In this document: positions 19,589 through 29,464 of the stretch, one piece after another
Layout of the letters: every line of letters starts with the position of its first letter
Position numbering within the stretch: the stretch's first letter is position 1
Origin: Pelagomonas calceolata
Taxonomy: Eukaryota
Direction: 5' to 3'
Length of the DNA: 64,000 nt
Assembly (NCBI GenBank): GCA_918797485.1
Contig: CAKKNE010000002.1
Coordinates: forward strand, 4,526,001-4,590,000
Made by a program: the position numbers and the translations under genes
The notes under the pieces: model-generated
Told to the model about the DNA's origin: nothing
What the model saw: only the letters and a program-made list of their open reading frames with translations
Databases searched by the model: none

Positions 19589-22378
19589 ATGCCGCCGGGC
19601 CGCAAGCCGGAGCCGGTCGCCACGGCCGCGGCCATCGCCGCCATCGTCGAGGAGACCCATCAAAAGGAGTACCGGCCCATCCTCCAGGCGTTGGACGTGC
19701 GGCTCGCCGCGACGCGCGAGGGCCAAAAGAAGGAAAGGTACCGCGTCTTGGTCAGCGACGGCACGCACTTTTTGAGATGCATCGCCGCGGAGGCGCTGGC
19801 GCCGCTTTGTGCGGAGACTGGCACTCTCAAAAAGGGCTGCCTGATCCAGCTGAAGCAGTGGCGCGTCACTCGCATCCAGACGCGAGCGGTCATTGTGCTG
19901 CTGGACGTGGAAGTTGTCTGTGGCCCCTTGGCGAAGATCGGCGCGCCGGTGAACTACGCGGCCCCCGAGGAGATCAAGAAGGAGCAACTTAAACAATCGT
20001 CGTCCCAGGGCTACCAGGATTTGGCCGAGGACGTGGTGTTGGGCATCGCGCGGGCCATGGGCGCCATGCGGCCCGGCGGCCCGTCGCAGGCGGGGGCCGG
20101 GCCCACGGCGCAGCGCGAGATCACCTCCAAAAGCTACCAGATGGACATTGCGCGGGACGTCGCGGCCCTGGACGCGGCGCTCGACGCCGGCATCGCGCGG
20201 CCGCGGGACGCGGACTGCGCGGCGCGAGCGGCGAATGTCAGGGACGCCGCGGCTGCGGGTGCGCCCGCGGGCACGTCGGAGAAGGCCCGGAACGTGTTGC
20301 GGAGGACCGTCGCGCGGCATCTGGCGGGCTGCCGCGACGACGCGGACCCGGACCAGAACGACGGGCCCCTGCCGTTGGCCGCGTTTGCTGCCTTAGATGC
20401 TCTCAGACACACCGCAACCTCCGTCGACGACGTCTCCGAGGCGTCGGCGAAGGATGCCGAAGCCTTAGCTCGGTTGGCCCGGCGCGTCCACCACCACGAC
20501 TTTTTGCTGAGGCCCTCGGCCCTTGGTTTATTAGCGTCGGTCGCCGCGAGACAAGAAGCGCGCCACGCCAAGGTCAAGGAGGCCGCGCGCAACGGCAAGC
20601 CGCCGTCGCCAAGTGATCGAGCTTTGTTTGATGAGTTAAGACGCTGCGCGCAGTGCGTCCTTTCTCGTTTGCTGGCGTGGCCTGAACGAGCGGCGCGATC
20701 GCGGGCCGTCATCGAGGCTAGTAACAAGAAGACGGCGGAAGATGATGCTGGAGGTGCCTTGGCTTTCTACGACGCCATTGCTTGTGGGGAGGCTTTACGA
20801 GCTCTCTCGCTGTTGGGAAGGCTGGGCGTCGTCGGCGCGACGGCGGATCAGACCGATAGCGCGCCGTTAGTTGCGCTCTTGGGCGACCGGAGCGCCGTCG
20901 CCGAAGGTCTGGCCGCGACGGACGACCCCGTCGCGGCGGCCAAGGCGCCGGCCAAGGCTACTGTTGGAAGAGCTGTCGCAGCGTGTTTGCGGGCGGCGTG
21001 CGAAGGCGAGGCCTGGGAACCCAGAAGGCCCGGCGACGATGATGAAAGGCAGTTGTGGCTCGACGACGTCGCCGCGCACGACGGGCCCCGCTTACTGTTA
21101 GAGCTTTTACTATCGCGAGAAGATGCCAACGGCGTCGAGGACTGCGGTTGCGACGATGCGTTTGAGATATTGTCGGCGCTAGCGCGAGTGCCACGGCACC
21201 AGGGCGCGGTCGTCGAGAGAATCGTGCGGAGGGTGGGAGGCGGTGTTTTCAGCGCACATGCGGCGGGCATGGCCCTGTATCAAATGGTCGACGGCTCGAC
21301 CCATAAAAAGGGCGAACTTGCGATCTTGACAGCACTGGAGGCCATCCGCGAACGCGCCCGCACGTGCCGGAACGGCGCCGACTTTAATAAGAGAAAGGGC
21401 ATCAAGCCCATCAAGAACGGCGAAGAACTGAAGAAAGCAAGTGCCGAGGCCGACGCGGCCATGGCCGAATTGCTCGCCGAGGAGGACCGCGAAAAGGAAT
21501 CTAAGAAGAAGAAAAAGAAGAAGAAGAAGCCCCCGTCGTTGGACGAGAAGCCTCCCGTCGTCGTGGAGCCTACGCCTGAAGAATCGGAAGGCGAGGACGA
21601 GTCGGATGATGACGTCGATTTATTGGCCTTCGCGGGCGGGCGGGCCGCCCAGCAGGTCCGGCAACAACGAGAAAAGAAGAAGGCCGCCGAGGTCAAGGAC
21701 GAGCCCAAGCCGGTGGTGGAAGAGAAGAAGCCCCGCGCGTCCAAGGCCGAGCGCCGGCGCCAGGCGAAATTGGAACGCGAGAAGTCCGAGCAGCGCAAGC
21801 GCGACAAGGAGGAGCGCCTCGCGCGCGAGCGCGCCCAGGCCGAGCAGCGGCGCCGGTCCGCCGAGGGGCGGGCCCGGGCCCAGGCCGAGAAAATACAAGC
21901 GCCCCCTCCAAAGGCCGTCGCGCCGCCGCCGGTCCAGGCCTGGGGCGGCGCCGCGTCTCAGAAGCCCGAGCCTTCTTTTAGTTTGAATGACGACTTTCCG
22001 CCTCCTTCTGCACCAGCGTCGCCGCCCGCGCCTGCGCGCCTCCTGGACCTCTCGGCGTCGCGACCGCTGCAGCCCGCGGCGGCGGCGCGCGCCGCCGACG
22101 ACGTCGACGATTTGTTACGAGCGGCCATGGACGTGACACTGGACGACAGCGACCCGCGCGTGCCTACGCGCCGCGCCGCTGCGCCGATTGGACCGCCGGG
22201 AGTTGGGGCCATCGGCCGCGCGCCGGGCCGGCCGCCAGTCGATGAACCGCCGCCGTCGTGGGGTTTTGGCTCAACGGGGCCGCAGCTCGGTGCCGTGGGG
22301 CTGCCGTGGGCGGGTCTGGCCGGCGTGCGGCCGGAGAATCCGGCGGTCGCGAACCCGTCACCGTTCGGTGGCTTTTGA
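19589..22378 (+). CDS. Protein with RPA70 N-terminal-like OB fold, helical (ARM-like) middle and charged coiled-coil C-terminus
   Basis: PILQALDVR...ERYRVLVSDG...LKKGCLIQL...VIVLLDVEVV...KIGAPVNY resembles Rep-A_N; no further RPA1 DNA-binding OB folds are visible. Confidence 0.75.
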   Translation: MPPGRKPEPVATAAAIAAIVEETHQKEYRPILQALDVRLAATREGQKKERYRVLVSDGTHFLRCIAAEALAPLCAETGTLKKGCLIQLKQWRVTRIQTRAVIVLLDVEVVCGPLAKIGAPVNYAAPEEIKKEQLKQSSSQGYQDLAEDVVLGIARAMGAMRPGGPSQAGAGPTAQREITSKSYQMDIARDVAALDAALDAGIARPRDADCAARAANVRDAAAAGAPAGTSEKARNVLRRTVARHLAGCRDDADPDQNDGPLPLAAFAALDALRHTATSVDDVSEASAKDAEALARLARRVHHHDFLLRPSALGLLASVAARQEARHAKVKEAARNGKPPSPSDRALFDELRRCAQCVLSRLLAWPERAARSRAVIEASNKKTAEDDAGGALAFYDAIACGEALRALSLLGRLGVVGATADQTDSAPLVALLGDRSAVAEGLAATDDPVAAAKAPAKATVGRAVAACLRAACEGEAWEPRRPGDDDERQLWLDDVAAHDGPRLLLELLLSREDANGVEDCGCDDAFEILSALARVPRHQGAVVERIVRRVGGGVFSAHAAGMALYQMVDGSTHKKGELAILTALEAIRERARTCRNGADFNKRKGIKPIKNGEELKKASAEADAAMAELLAEEDREKESKKKKKKKKKPPSLDEKPPVVVEPTPEESEGEDESDDDVDLLAFAGGRAAQQVRQQREKKKAAEVKDEPKPVVEEKKPRASKAERRRQAKLEREKSEQRKRDKEERLARERAQAEQRRRSAEGRARAQAEKIQAPPPKAVAPPPVQAWGGAASQKPEPSFSLNDDFPPPSAPASPPAPARLLDLSASRPLQPAAAARAADDVDDLLRAAMDVTLDDSDPRVPTRRAAAPIGPPGVGAIGRAPGRPPVDEPPPSWGFGSTGPQLGAVGLPWAGLAGVRPENPAVANPSPFGGF

Positions 22379-22502
22379 GACCATCTTTTGCCCTCAAAGG
22401 GCGTTGGTTAATTCATATTTTGAGTGCATTTTTGCGCGTTGCTAGAATTACAGGCACAGGTGCTTATGCTCACAGTGTGCAGCGAATGGTGCAGCTGGCC
22501 CG

Positions 22503-23681
22503 CTACTGCATCATGTCGAGGGCCGTCAAGATGCGCGGCTTCTTCGCGAGGCACTCGCGCACGTAGCGGTCGAGCTCGCGGAACGTGTGCGCGTCGATCA
22601 TGTCGATGCTGATCTCGATCTCCTCCTTGGTGGTTTTGTCGATGGCGTCGGGGCACATCGTGTCCAGCTTCTCGACGAGCACGCACATCTCCTCCGGCGT
22701 GATGTGGTAGATGGCGTGGCTGAACCGCGTCTTCTCCATTAAATCGGGCATGGGCGTGAGATCCGGTGCCACGGCCTCGACCTCGGCCCAGCTCTCCGCC
22801 GACGAGACCGACGGGGGAGCGATCTCCGACCACGTCGTCGTGGAGGACGGCGGCGAGGGCTTCTCGCCCGTCGACGGTTTGTCGCCGGCCTCGAGCATAG
22901 CCAGCTGCTGCTTCGTCAGGCCCGCGGGTGGCTCCTCGTCGCACGTAGTCTTCGGCGGCACGTCCGTGCCCGCGCGCACGAGCATGTAGAATACGAGCGC
23001 CAGCGCCGCGACGACGGCCCACACAGGTCGGTTGCGGGCCGTGGGTTGCCGCCCACAAGCCTCCGGGAACTTCTCCACCGGACTTAGGGTCCACGTGTCG
23101 CCGTCGCTGCACGCGCTCAGCAGTAATTGGGAATGCTGCTCGTCGACGGCGAAGATCTCGATGCCCAGGCCCATGACCGCCCTCCTTGCGGCATCGAGGC
23201 CGCCACCCGCCTTACGCGCGGCGGTCATCGCCTGCAGCGGCTGCTCCGCGAGGCCGCAGACCGTCGTGAGATACGCGCGCGCGTCCCGGACGCCGGCGCA
23301 CTCGCCGTGCTTCTCCCACTCGTGCGTCTCGAAGTCAACTATATGAGAAGTGCCTTCGCCCGTCGCGCCGTAGCACTGGACGACGCGGCGCGGGTCCGCC
23401 GTCGAGAGCGACGGCTTGGCGCACTCGGACGTGCCGTAGGGCGCGACCTCGGGCCAGAGACCGTGCACCGACGGCGTCGGGTGGCTGTAGGCTCCCTGCC
23501 CGAGTCCCGTCTGGAGCGTCAGGACGCCGCAGAGCGCCACGCCGTCGCCGCAGACCATCTGGCCCTGCGCGGCCGGCCACTGCCGCGGCGGCGGCATGTT
23601 GTTCCGCGCTAGCACGAGCAGCGCGCCGCCCGCGACGGCGGCGAGGAGGACGAGGCCTCGCCTGGTTTTGTGGGAGAGCAT
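22503..23681 (-). CDS. RNase T2-family protein fused via a TM helix to a C-terminal ET/BET-like domain
   Basis: CAS I VHGLWP and CAS II FETHEWEKHGEC; TM WAVVAALALVFYMLV; C-terminal EEIEISIDMIDAHTFRELDRYVRECL. Confidence 0.8.
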   Translation of the reverse strand: MLSHKTRRGLVLLAAVAGGALLVLARNNMPPPRQWPAAQGQMVCGDGVALCGVLTLQTGLGQGAYSHPTPSVHGLWPEVAPYGTSECAKPSLSTADPRRVVQCYGATGEGTSHIVDFETHEWEKHGECAGVRDARAYLTTVCGLAEQPLQAMTAARKAGGGLDAARRAVMGLGIEIFAVDEQHSQLLLSACSDGDTWTLSPVEKFPEACGRQPTARNRPVWAVVAALALVFYMLVRAGTDVPPKTTCDEEPPAGLTKQQLAMLEAGDKPSTGEKPSPPSSTTTWSEIAPPSVSSAESWAEVEAVAPDLTPMPDLMEKTRFSHAIYHITPEEMCVLVEKLDTMCPDAIDKTTKEEIEISIDMIDAHTFRELDRYVRECLAKKPRILTALDMMQ

Positions 23682-23956
23682 GATTCTTAGTATGCGGTTT
23701 GTGGATTTGAGCGCCGTGGTGCGCTGCTGCGTCGTTGGATATCGCGGTGGCGTCGCGGCTGGCTCGCCTCGCGCGCGCTGCGTATCAGAGCAGTGCTAAG
23801 GACCCTTGGGTTTCCTCAAAGAAATCGCCCGCGCGCGCTCTCTGCTGGCCAGGGCGCGACGACGCAGCGAAAAGAGACACCCCGCGGAGTCCGAGCGACG
23901 CGTAAGAGTCTAGGCACTGTCAAAAACCCAGCGCTGCTCGAAGTTATGGACTCCAA

Positions 23957-23980
23957 GCTAGCGTCGTCCCACACTAGCAA
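23957..23980 (+). promoter_or_regulatory. Double-CTAG intergenic motif copy (degenerate)
   Basis: GCTAGCGTCGTCCCACACTAGCAA between divergent genes. Confidence 0.5.
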
Positions 23981-24075
23981 AATCCGCAAGCCAGTCAGAG
24001 GCCACTCACAGCGACGCCAGTAGCATTGCAAGTGTTGTGACTCAACAACGCAGCTCCTGGCACCGCAGAGACGCC

Positions 24076-25305
24076 ATGCAGCAAGTTGCGTGGCTCCTCG
24101 CAACGTATATTGCGTGTACGAGCGCCCTGCTCCCTACGGCTGGACTCGTAGCCACCACGCCGGCAGCCAGAGGCGCCACGACCAGACTCGCAGCCACGAC
24201 GCCGTCGCTCGGTCTCTACGGCGACTGGGAGCCGAGTGCGGGCGGCAGCTACGTCCTCGAGGCGGCGGACGGCCCCGAGGCCGCGAAGGGCGTCGTGCAC
24301 TTTTTGGGAGGCGCGTTCGTCGGCGCGGGGAGCCAGCTCACGTACCGCTACCTGCTCGAGCGCTTCGCCCAGGCGAACTATGCGGTGATCGCGACGCCGT
24401 TCCGGCTGTCCTTCGACTACCAGTCGGTCTGCGACGCCGTCGAGGCGTCGTACGACGCGGCGCGCGCCGAGGCACAAGAAAGGGGCTACGGCAGCGACCT
24501 CGAGGTCGTCGGCGTCGGCCACTCCTGCGGCGCCCTGCTCCAGGCGCTCATCGCGACGCGGCGGCCGAACGAGCGGCGGCGGCTCGCGCTCCTGTCGTAC
24601 AACAACAAGCGCGCCGCGGAGGCGATCCCGCTCTTCGAGTCGGTCGTGGCGCCCATCGCCGTCGAGGCCGTCGCGGAGTCGCTCCCGACGACGCCCTTCG
24701 CGCGGCAAGCCTTATCGCTGCTGCGGAACGCCGGCGAGGAGTTGTTGGATGCAGCCACCGACACGGACAGCCAGAACCCCTTCATGCGGCTGCGCGCCGC
24801 GGCGCCGGCGAACGTGCGCGCGCTCGGCGACGCCTTCGTCGGGGAGACGTCGACGATCGCGCGCCAGGGCCTGGAGCTCGCGGACCAGCTCCCCGACCTG
24901 CTGGGCGAGATCGCGGGCGGCGCGCGCGAGTTCGAGCCCGAGCCGCGCGAGATGCGCGAGCTCCTGCGGCTCTCGTTCCGGGCAGAAGACGTGCTCGTGG
25001 TGCAGTTCGACGACGACCAGCTAGATGAGTCGGACGAACTCTACAGCGTGCTGCGGGACTCGGTCGCGCGGCGCCAGGCCGAGGGCGAGGTCGAGGGCGC
25101 GGCGCCGGCCGTGCGTCTTGCCAGATTGGGCGGCACGCACGTCACGCCGCTGACGCAGGACATCTTCCTGCCGGCCGAGAAGGTGTCGGAGTACGCGTCG
25201 GCCGCGGCGAACGTGTCGCCCGTCATCGAGGCGCCGCGGCGGTCGTTCCTCCGCGACGTCGACGCGACGTGGGGCGAGCTCGAGGCGTGGCTCGCGCCGA
25301 GGTAA
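24076..25305 (+). CDS. DUF1350-like alpha/beta-hydrolase-fold protein, probably plastid-targeted
   Basis: GVVHFLGGAFVGA, YRYLLE, GVGHSCG, LLSYNN, VQFDDDQLDES, GTHVTP; bipartite-like N-terminus. Confidence 0.85.
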   Translation: MQQVAWLLATYIACTSALLPTAGLVATTPAARGATTRLAATTPSLGLYGDWEPSAGGSYVLEAADGPEAAKGVVHFLGGAFVGAGSQLTYRYLLERFAQANYAVIATPFRLSFDYQSVCDAVEASYDAARAEAQERGYGSDLEVVGVGHSCGALLQALIATRRPNERRRLALLSYNNKRAAEAIPLFESVVAPIAVEAVAESLPTTPFARQALSLLRNAGEELLDAATDTDSQNPFMRLRAAAPANVRALGDAFVGETSTIARQGLELADQLPDLLGEIAGGAREFEPEPREMRELLRLSFRAEDVLVVQFDDDQLDESDELYSVLRDSVARRQAEGEVEGAAPAVRLARLGGTHVTPLTQDIFLPAEKVSEYASAAANVSPVIEAPRRSFLRDVDATWGELEAWLAPR

Positions 25306-25408
25306 GGTGTACTACATGTCGATAGTTGTTAAGCACACACTGATACATGCGATCGATGGAGATAAGACTTGTTGCGATGTCGATGTTCGATGTTCGAAAT
25401 ATGAGGCC

Positions 25409-25795
25409 TCAGGCCTCGCGCACGTGGAATTGCAGCTCGTCGCCGACGCGCGCCGCGTCGACCGAGAGGCCCGCCATGTAGTCGTGGCCGGGGCTGAACG
25501 CGTGCGGGCCGTAGCGTATCACGTCGCCGGTCCGCGAGACGAGGTCGCGAATGGGACGCACCTCGCCTCGCAGGCCTACGAGTAGTTCGCGGTCGAGCTG
25601 CGCCCGCTCGGCCGGCGTCGCCGCGTGCCGCGCGTCGTCGATGGCCGAGAGCGGCGGCTTCCCGTTCAGCCCGGTAATGACGGCGCCGCCGCGCGCGACG
25701 GCCGTGACCCGGGCGGGCTCGCCGACCGGACGCGTGAGAGCCACCACGGCGCCCATGACGCATGCGCTGCGCAGCACCACATGCAGGGCCCGCAT
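25409..25795 (-). CDS. Small hypothetical protein with hydrophobic N-terminus
   Basis: 128-aa ATG ORF in a GC-rich island between AT-richer spacers. Confidence 0.45.
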   Translation of the reverse strand: MRALHVVLRSACVMGAVVALTRPVGEPARVTAVARGGAVITGLNGKPPLSAIDDARHAATPAERAQLDRELLVGLRGEVRPIRDLVSRTGDVIRYGPHAFSPGHDYMAGLSVDAARVGDELQFHVREA

Positions 25796-26207
25796 GGTCT
25801 CCTCCTTGCCCAGCTCGTTTCAGATGTAAAGATGTGTTACCATGCAATATGTACCCTACGCACCTTGTTATATTGATTCCGCACTGCACTCCTGCTTTTA
25901 TTATAGCTGCTCTCGCTTGCGTTGCCGCAATAGCTCTGACCTTCAGCTGCAAAAACTTGACGTGTCTAGAGACTATACAGGCCGCTAGCTAAAGCCGGTT
26001 GCCATATTGCAGCCGGCACATAACGCGCCGGCCGCGCTGGTCATTGCGAGCGGGTTACGGCCCTCTACCAGTAAGTAGCCAGCGGCCTCGTGGAAATTTG
26101 CGGGCGTCGTCGTTCCGTCGGACACGAACGGTCCCAAAAAACCGACGACCCGTCAGAGCAAAACAGCCGTCGCGCGGACGCGTACGGCACACGGGCACCC
26201 AGTAACA

Positions 26208-26910
26208 ATGGCCAAGACGCGCAAAGGCAAGGGCAAGGGCGGCGGCCGGAAGCGGAAGCCCTGCGAGCTCGGCGACCTCTGCCCGTACAAGCACGAGGGC
26301 CAGCATAGGGGGGAATACTGCCACCCGGGCGATCCCGACCATCCCGACACGGTCAAGCCCGCCGCGAAGAAGCCCGCGGGCCGCGGCCGTAGATTAGGGG
26401 GCACCACCGCGGGCGGTGGAGGCCGGACGCTCGGCCGCGGCGGCCCGGCGCCGGCCCCGAAGCCGGCCAAGAAGCCCGCGGCCCGCAAGGCCCCCGCGGC
26501 AAAGAAGCCGGCCGCCAAGAAGCGCCGCCGGTCGTCGGACGTCATCGACCTCGCGGCGTCCTCGGGCGACGAGGCGCCGCCGCCGCGCCGGTCGCCGCGC
26601 CGCGCGGGCGCCCCCGCGCCGGCCATCGACCTCGCGGCCTCGTCCGACGACGAACCCGCGCCGGCGCCCGCGCCCCGGCCGAAGCGGCGCAAGCGCGACG
26701 TCCTCTCAGATTCGTCGGACGACGAGGCCCCGCCGCCGCGGCCGCCGCCGCCGCGCAAGAAGGCCCCCAAGGCGGCGCCCATCGACGTCGACGCCGAGGC
26801 GCCGATCGACGTGGACGTCGACGACGACGAGCCCGCGCCGACGCCGCCGTCGCCGCGCGCGCCGCCCGAGACGCCCATCGACGTCGACGCGCTCGACTCG
26901 GACGACGGCG

Positions 26911-26941
<31 letters not shown>

Positions 26942-27614
26942 GCGGCGCCCGCGCGTCGACGACGACCTGCGCCTCGCGCTCGCGCTGTCGCGCGGCGAGC
27001 GCCCCGGGGGCGGCGCGCCGTTCGGCGGCGGCGGAGAGGCGCGGCCGGAGCGCTACGCGCCCTTCGGCGGCGACGCGGAGCTGCGCCGAGCCCTCGCCGA
27101 GTCGCGGCGGCGGCGCCGCGAGGCCGAGGAGCTCGAGCGCGCCCGGGCGCGGAGCCGCGCGACCGAGGCGCGCGCGGTCGTCGACGAGACCGAGGACGCC
27201 TACGCCGCCTCGCTGCGCGAGGACCAGGCCAAGGACCGCCGGCGCCGCGAGGCGGCCGCGGCGCAGGCGGCCGTCGACGCGGCCAAGGCCGCCGAGAAAC
27301 AGAGAGAGGAGGCCCTGGTGGAGCGCCGCGCGGCCGCCAAGGCGCGCGTCGATTCCACAGAGGAGGCGGCGGGCCCGGCGGCGAAGCGCGTGCGCGTGCG
27401 GCTGCCGGCGGGGCCGCCCCTCGCGCGGGCCTTCCGCGAGGGCGACGCCATCTCAGTCGTCCGCGACTTCGTCGACGCGTCGGGCCGCGCGCCCCGGAAC
27501 TTCGCGCTGGTTTATGCTGGCCCGCCGAAGCGGACCCTCGGCGACGACGACGCGCCGCTCTCCTCGCTGGGCCCGGGGCCCGTGGCGCTGATGGTCGCGG
27601 ACCTCGACGCCTAG
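26208..27614 (+). CDS. UBX-domain protein with N-terminal PBZ-like zinc finger, SIM-like and UIM-like motifs
   Basis: CELGDLCPYKHEGQHRGEYCHP; VIDL/AIDL/PIDVD motifs; DDDLRLALALS and DAELRRALAES; C-terminal RVRVRLPAG...RAF...VRDFV...SSLG. Confidence 0.8.
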
Positions 27615-27665
27615 CTGTACATCTATCCCCCCCCCACGTATAACAAGATGTCTTAACACACCACA

Positions 27666-28894
27666 TCACGGCTGCTCGAAGACGCGCCACGGCTCCTCGA
27701 CGTCGTCGAGGTCGTCGTCCGCGTCGCCGAAGGAGAGCGCGTTCCGGGCCGCGCGCCGCCGCTCCGCCGCCCAGCGCCCTATTTTCAACGGCCTGAGCCA
27801 GGGCGGCGGGGCGCCGACGCAGAGGTTGAACTGGACGCACAGCTTGACCGGGAACCAGATGACGTAGGACCAGAGGACGCCCGCCGCCCACCAGGCCACG
27901 ACCTGCGCGGACGTCGCATTTCGTTAACCCAACGCACTGCCTGCTTTCCACGCAGGGCCGCGACGGGCGCGTCGCTATCGGACCCGTCGAGACTCATCGC
28001 CTCCAGGACGAGGAAGCCGCACGCGAGGAGCACGAGGGGCAGCACGACGGCGTGGCCGAGCGCCTCGAGGGTCTTCTGCGTGCATCTGAAAACCGTTTCC
28101 CGCTTGCGGCCCCGCCGCTCGAAGCGCGCGCACGGACACGCCAACAAAAACCACAGGAGCTCCGCCAGAATTAGGAGAGGCACGGAGATGTAGGCGACCG
28201 TTATTTGCGCGTTGTGCGCGTAGTTGTTTAGCGACGTCCAGGGCCGCTCGGCGCGCGACGCGGCACCCGCCGCCCAGATCGCGTAGGCCTGCTGGACGAG
28301 TTCCGCCGCGAGGGCCTCGCTTCTCCCATAAGGATGGGCCGGGTCCCGTAAGCAAAAGAGGGCCGGGTGGTTGTTCCTCGCGTAGAACCAAAAGTCCTCG
28401 AGGTAGCCGCGAGGGAAGGGCGAAAACCACTTGAGCAGCGACGGCGTCGTCTGGACGTCATCCAACCCTTTACCCCAGTAGCACCGGCCCTTCACGAGGC
28501 CCATCTCCCGCAGGTGCCTTACTCGTTCAACCGCCATGGCCTGGACGAAGCGCTTCCAGCCCCGCCGCGAGACGAAGGGGCCGCTCGAATCGTCGATCTC
28601 CTGCAGCGCGCGCCCGACGCCTCTCCGGTCTCGCAACAGCCCCTTCAGAATCGCGTTGCCCGTCTCGCGCACGTAGTGCACGACCGCGTCGGACCGGACG
28701 CCCTGCCGCAGCTCCTCCGCGCTCAGGCGCCCGTCGCCGTTCGTATCGAGCAAGTCGAAGATGGGCTCCGCGCCGCTCACGTCGATGACGTCCGCGTTGG
28801 ACAGCGCCGCCAGCACCGCGAGCTCGTTCGGCGGGCCCAGGGCCGCCTGGCGGGCTTCACACTCGGCGTCGGAGGCATCACTGGCGCGCATCAT
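27666..28894 (-). CDS. EF-hand plus multi-pass membrane protein, two exons (28894-27965, 27902-27666)
   Basis: DTNGDGRLSAEE EF-hand; hydrophobic segments; removing 27903-27964 joins ...SDAP|VVAWWAAG in frame. Confidence 0.7.
27903..27964 (-). mobile_element. Short degenerate introner-like intron (62 nt, GT-AG)
   Basis: Ends CTGCGCGGA / TTTCCACGCAG flanked by near-duplicate GGCCACGAC / GGCCGCGAC; frame restored. Confidence 0.7.
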
Positions 28895-29046
28895 TGTTTT
28901 ATGGGGCGGTGGAGCGGTGGGCGGCGCGCCGTGGGGGCGGGCTGCGCCGCCGGGCTCTTCCTCCGCCTCGGGCCACGTCGACGACGCGCAGGCGCCTGCG
29001 CTCGCCTTGTATCGAGGCCAAACACAAAACAAAACGAGGATGCTTG

Positions 29047-29073
29047 GCTTGCTAGTGTCTTACGGCCGCTAGC
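29047..29073 (-). promoter_or_regulatory. Double-CTAG intergenic motif copy
   Basis: Reverse complement GCTAGCGGCCGTAAGACACTAGCAAGC between divergent genes. Confidence 0.65.
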
Positions 29074-29464
29074 GCGGTTCGTGGGCGTGTGTTCTTTTTG
29101 AGAAGATTAATGAGAACGGTATTGGGTCTCGGGAAGCCTTGCTCACGAGATTGCGATGCGAGCATAATCCAAGCTCCAGCCTTTTTCCCGCCGCCATCCT
29201 CCACAGTTTCGCCGTCATCGTGAGCGTTGGACGCGCGACTCGCAGAGTGAGCCTCTTTTTTGATCGGCGGACGCGTAGCGAGCCGGTGGGTTAAGTTGTG
29301 ACTTAGGCCTAAGTTGGCAGCTTTTTTGCTACAACAAGCCAAATCAGAGCGCCGGGCGCGCGAGACGATAACGAGCGTCGGGAGTAACAGGTCATTCCAC
29401 CCGAAAACCGCTCGCGCGAGACGCCGTCGCCGCGCCGCGTTCGCAGACGTAACGACGAGAAAAG

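Noticed and set aside
26416..27951. Long Arg-rich ORFs on both strands
   Set aside because: Off-frame readings of the GC-rich UBX gene
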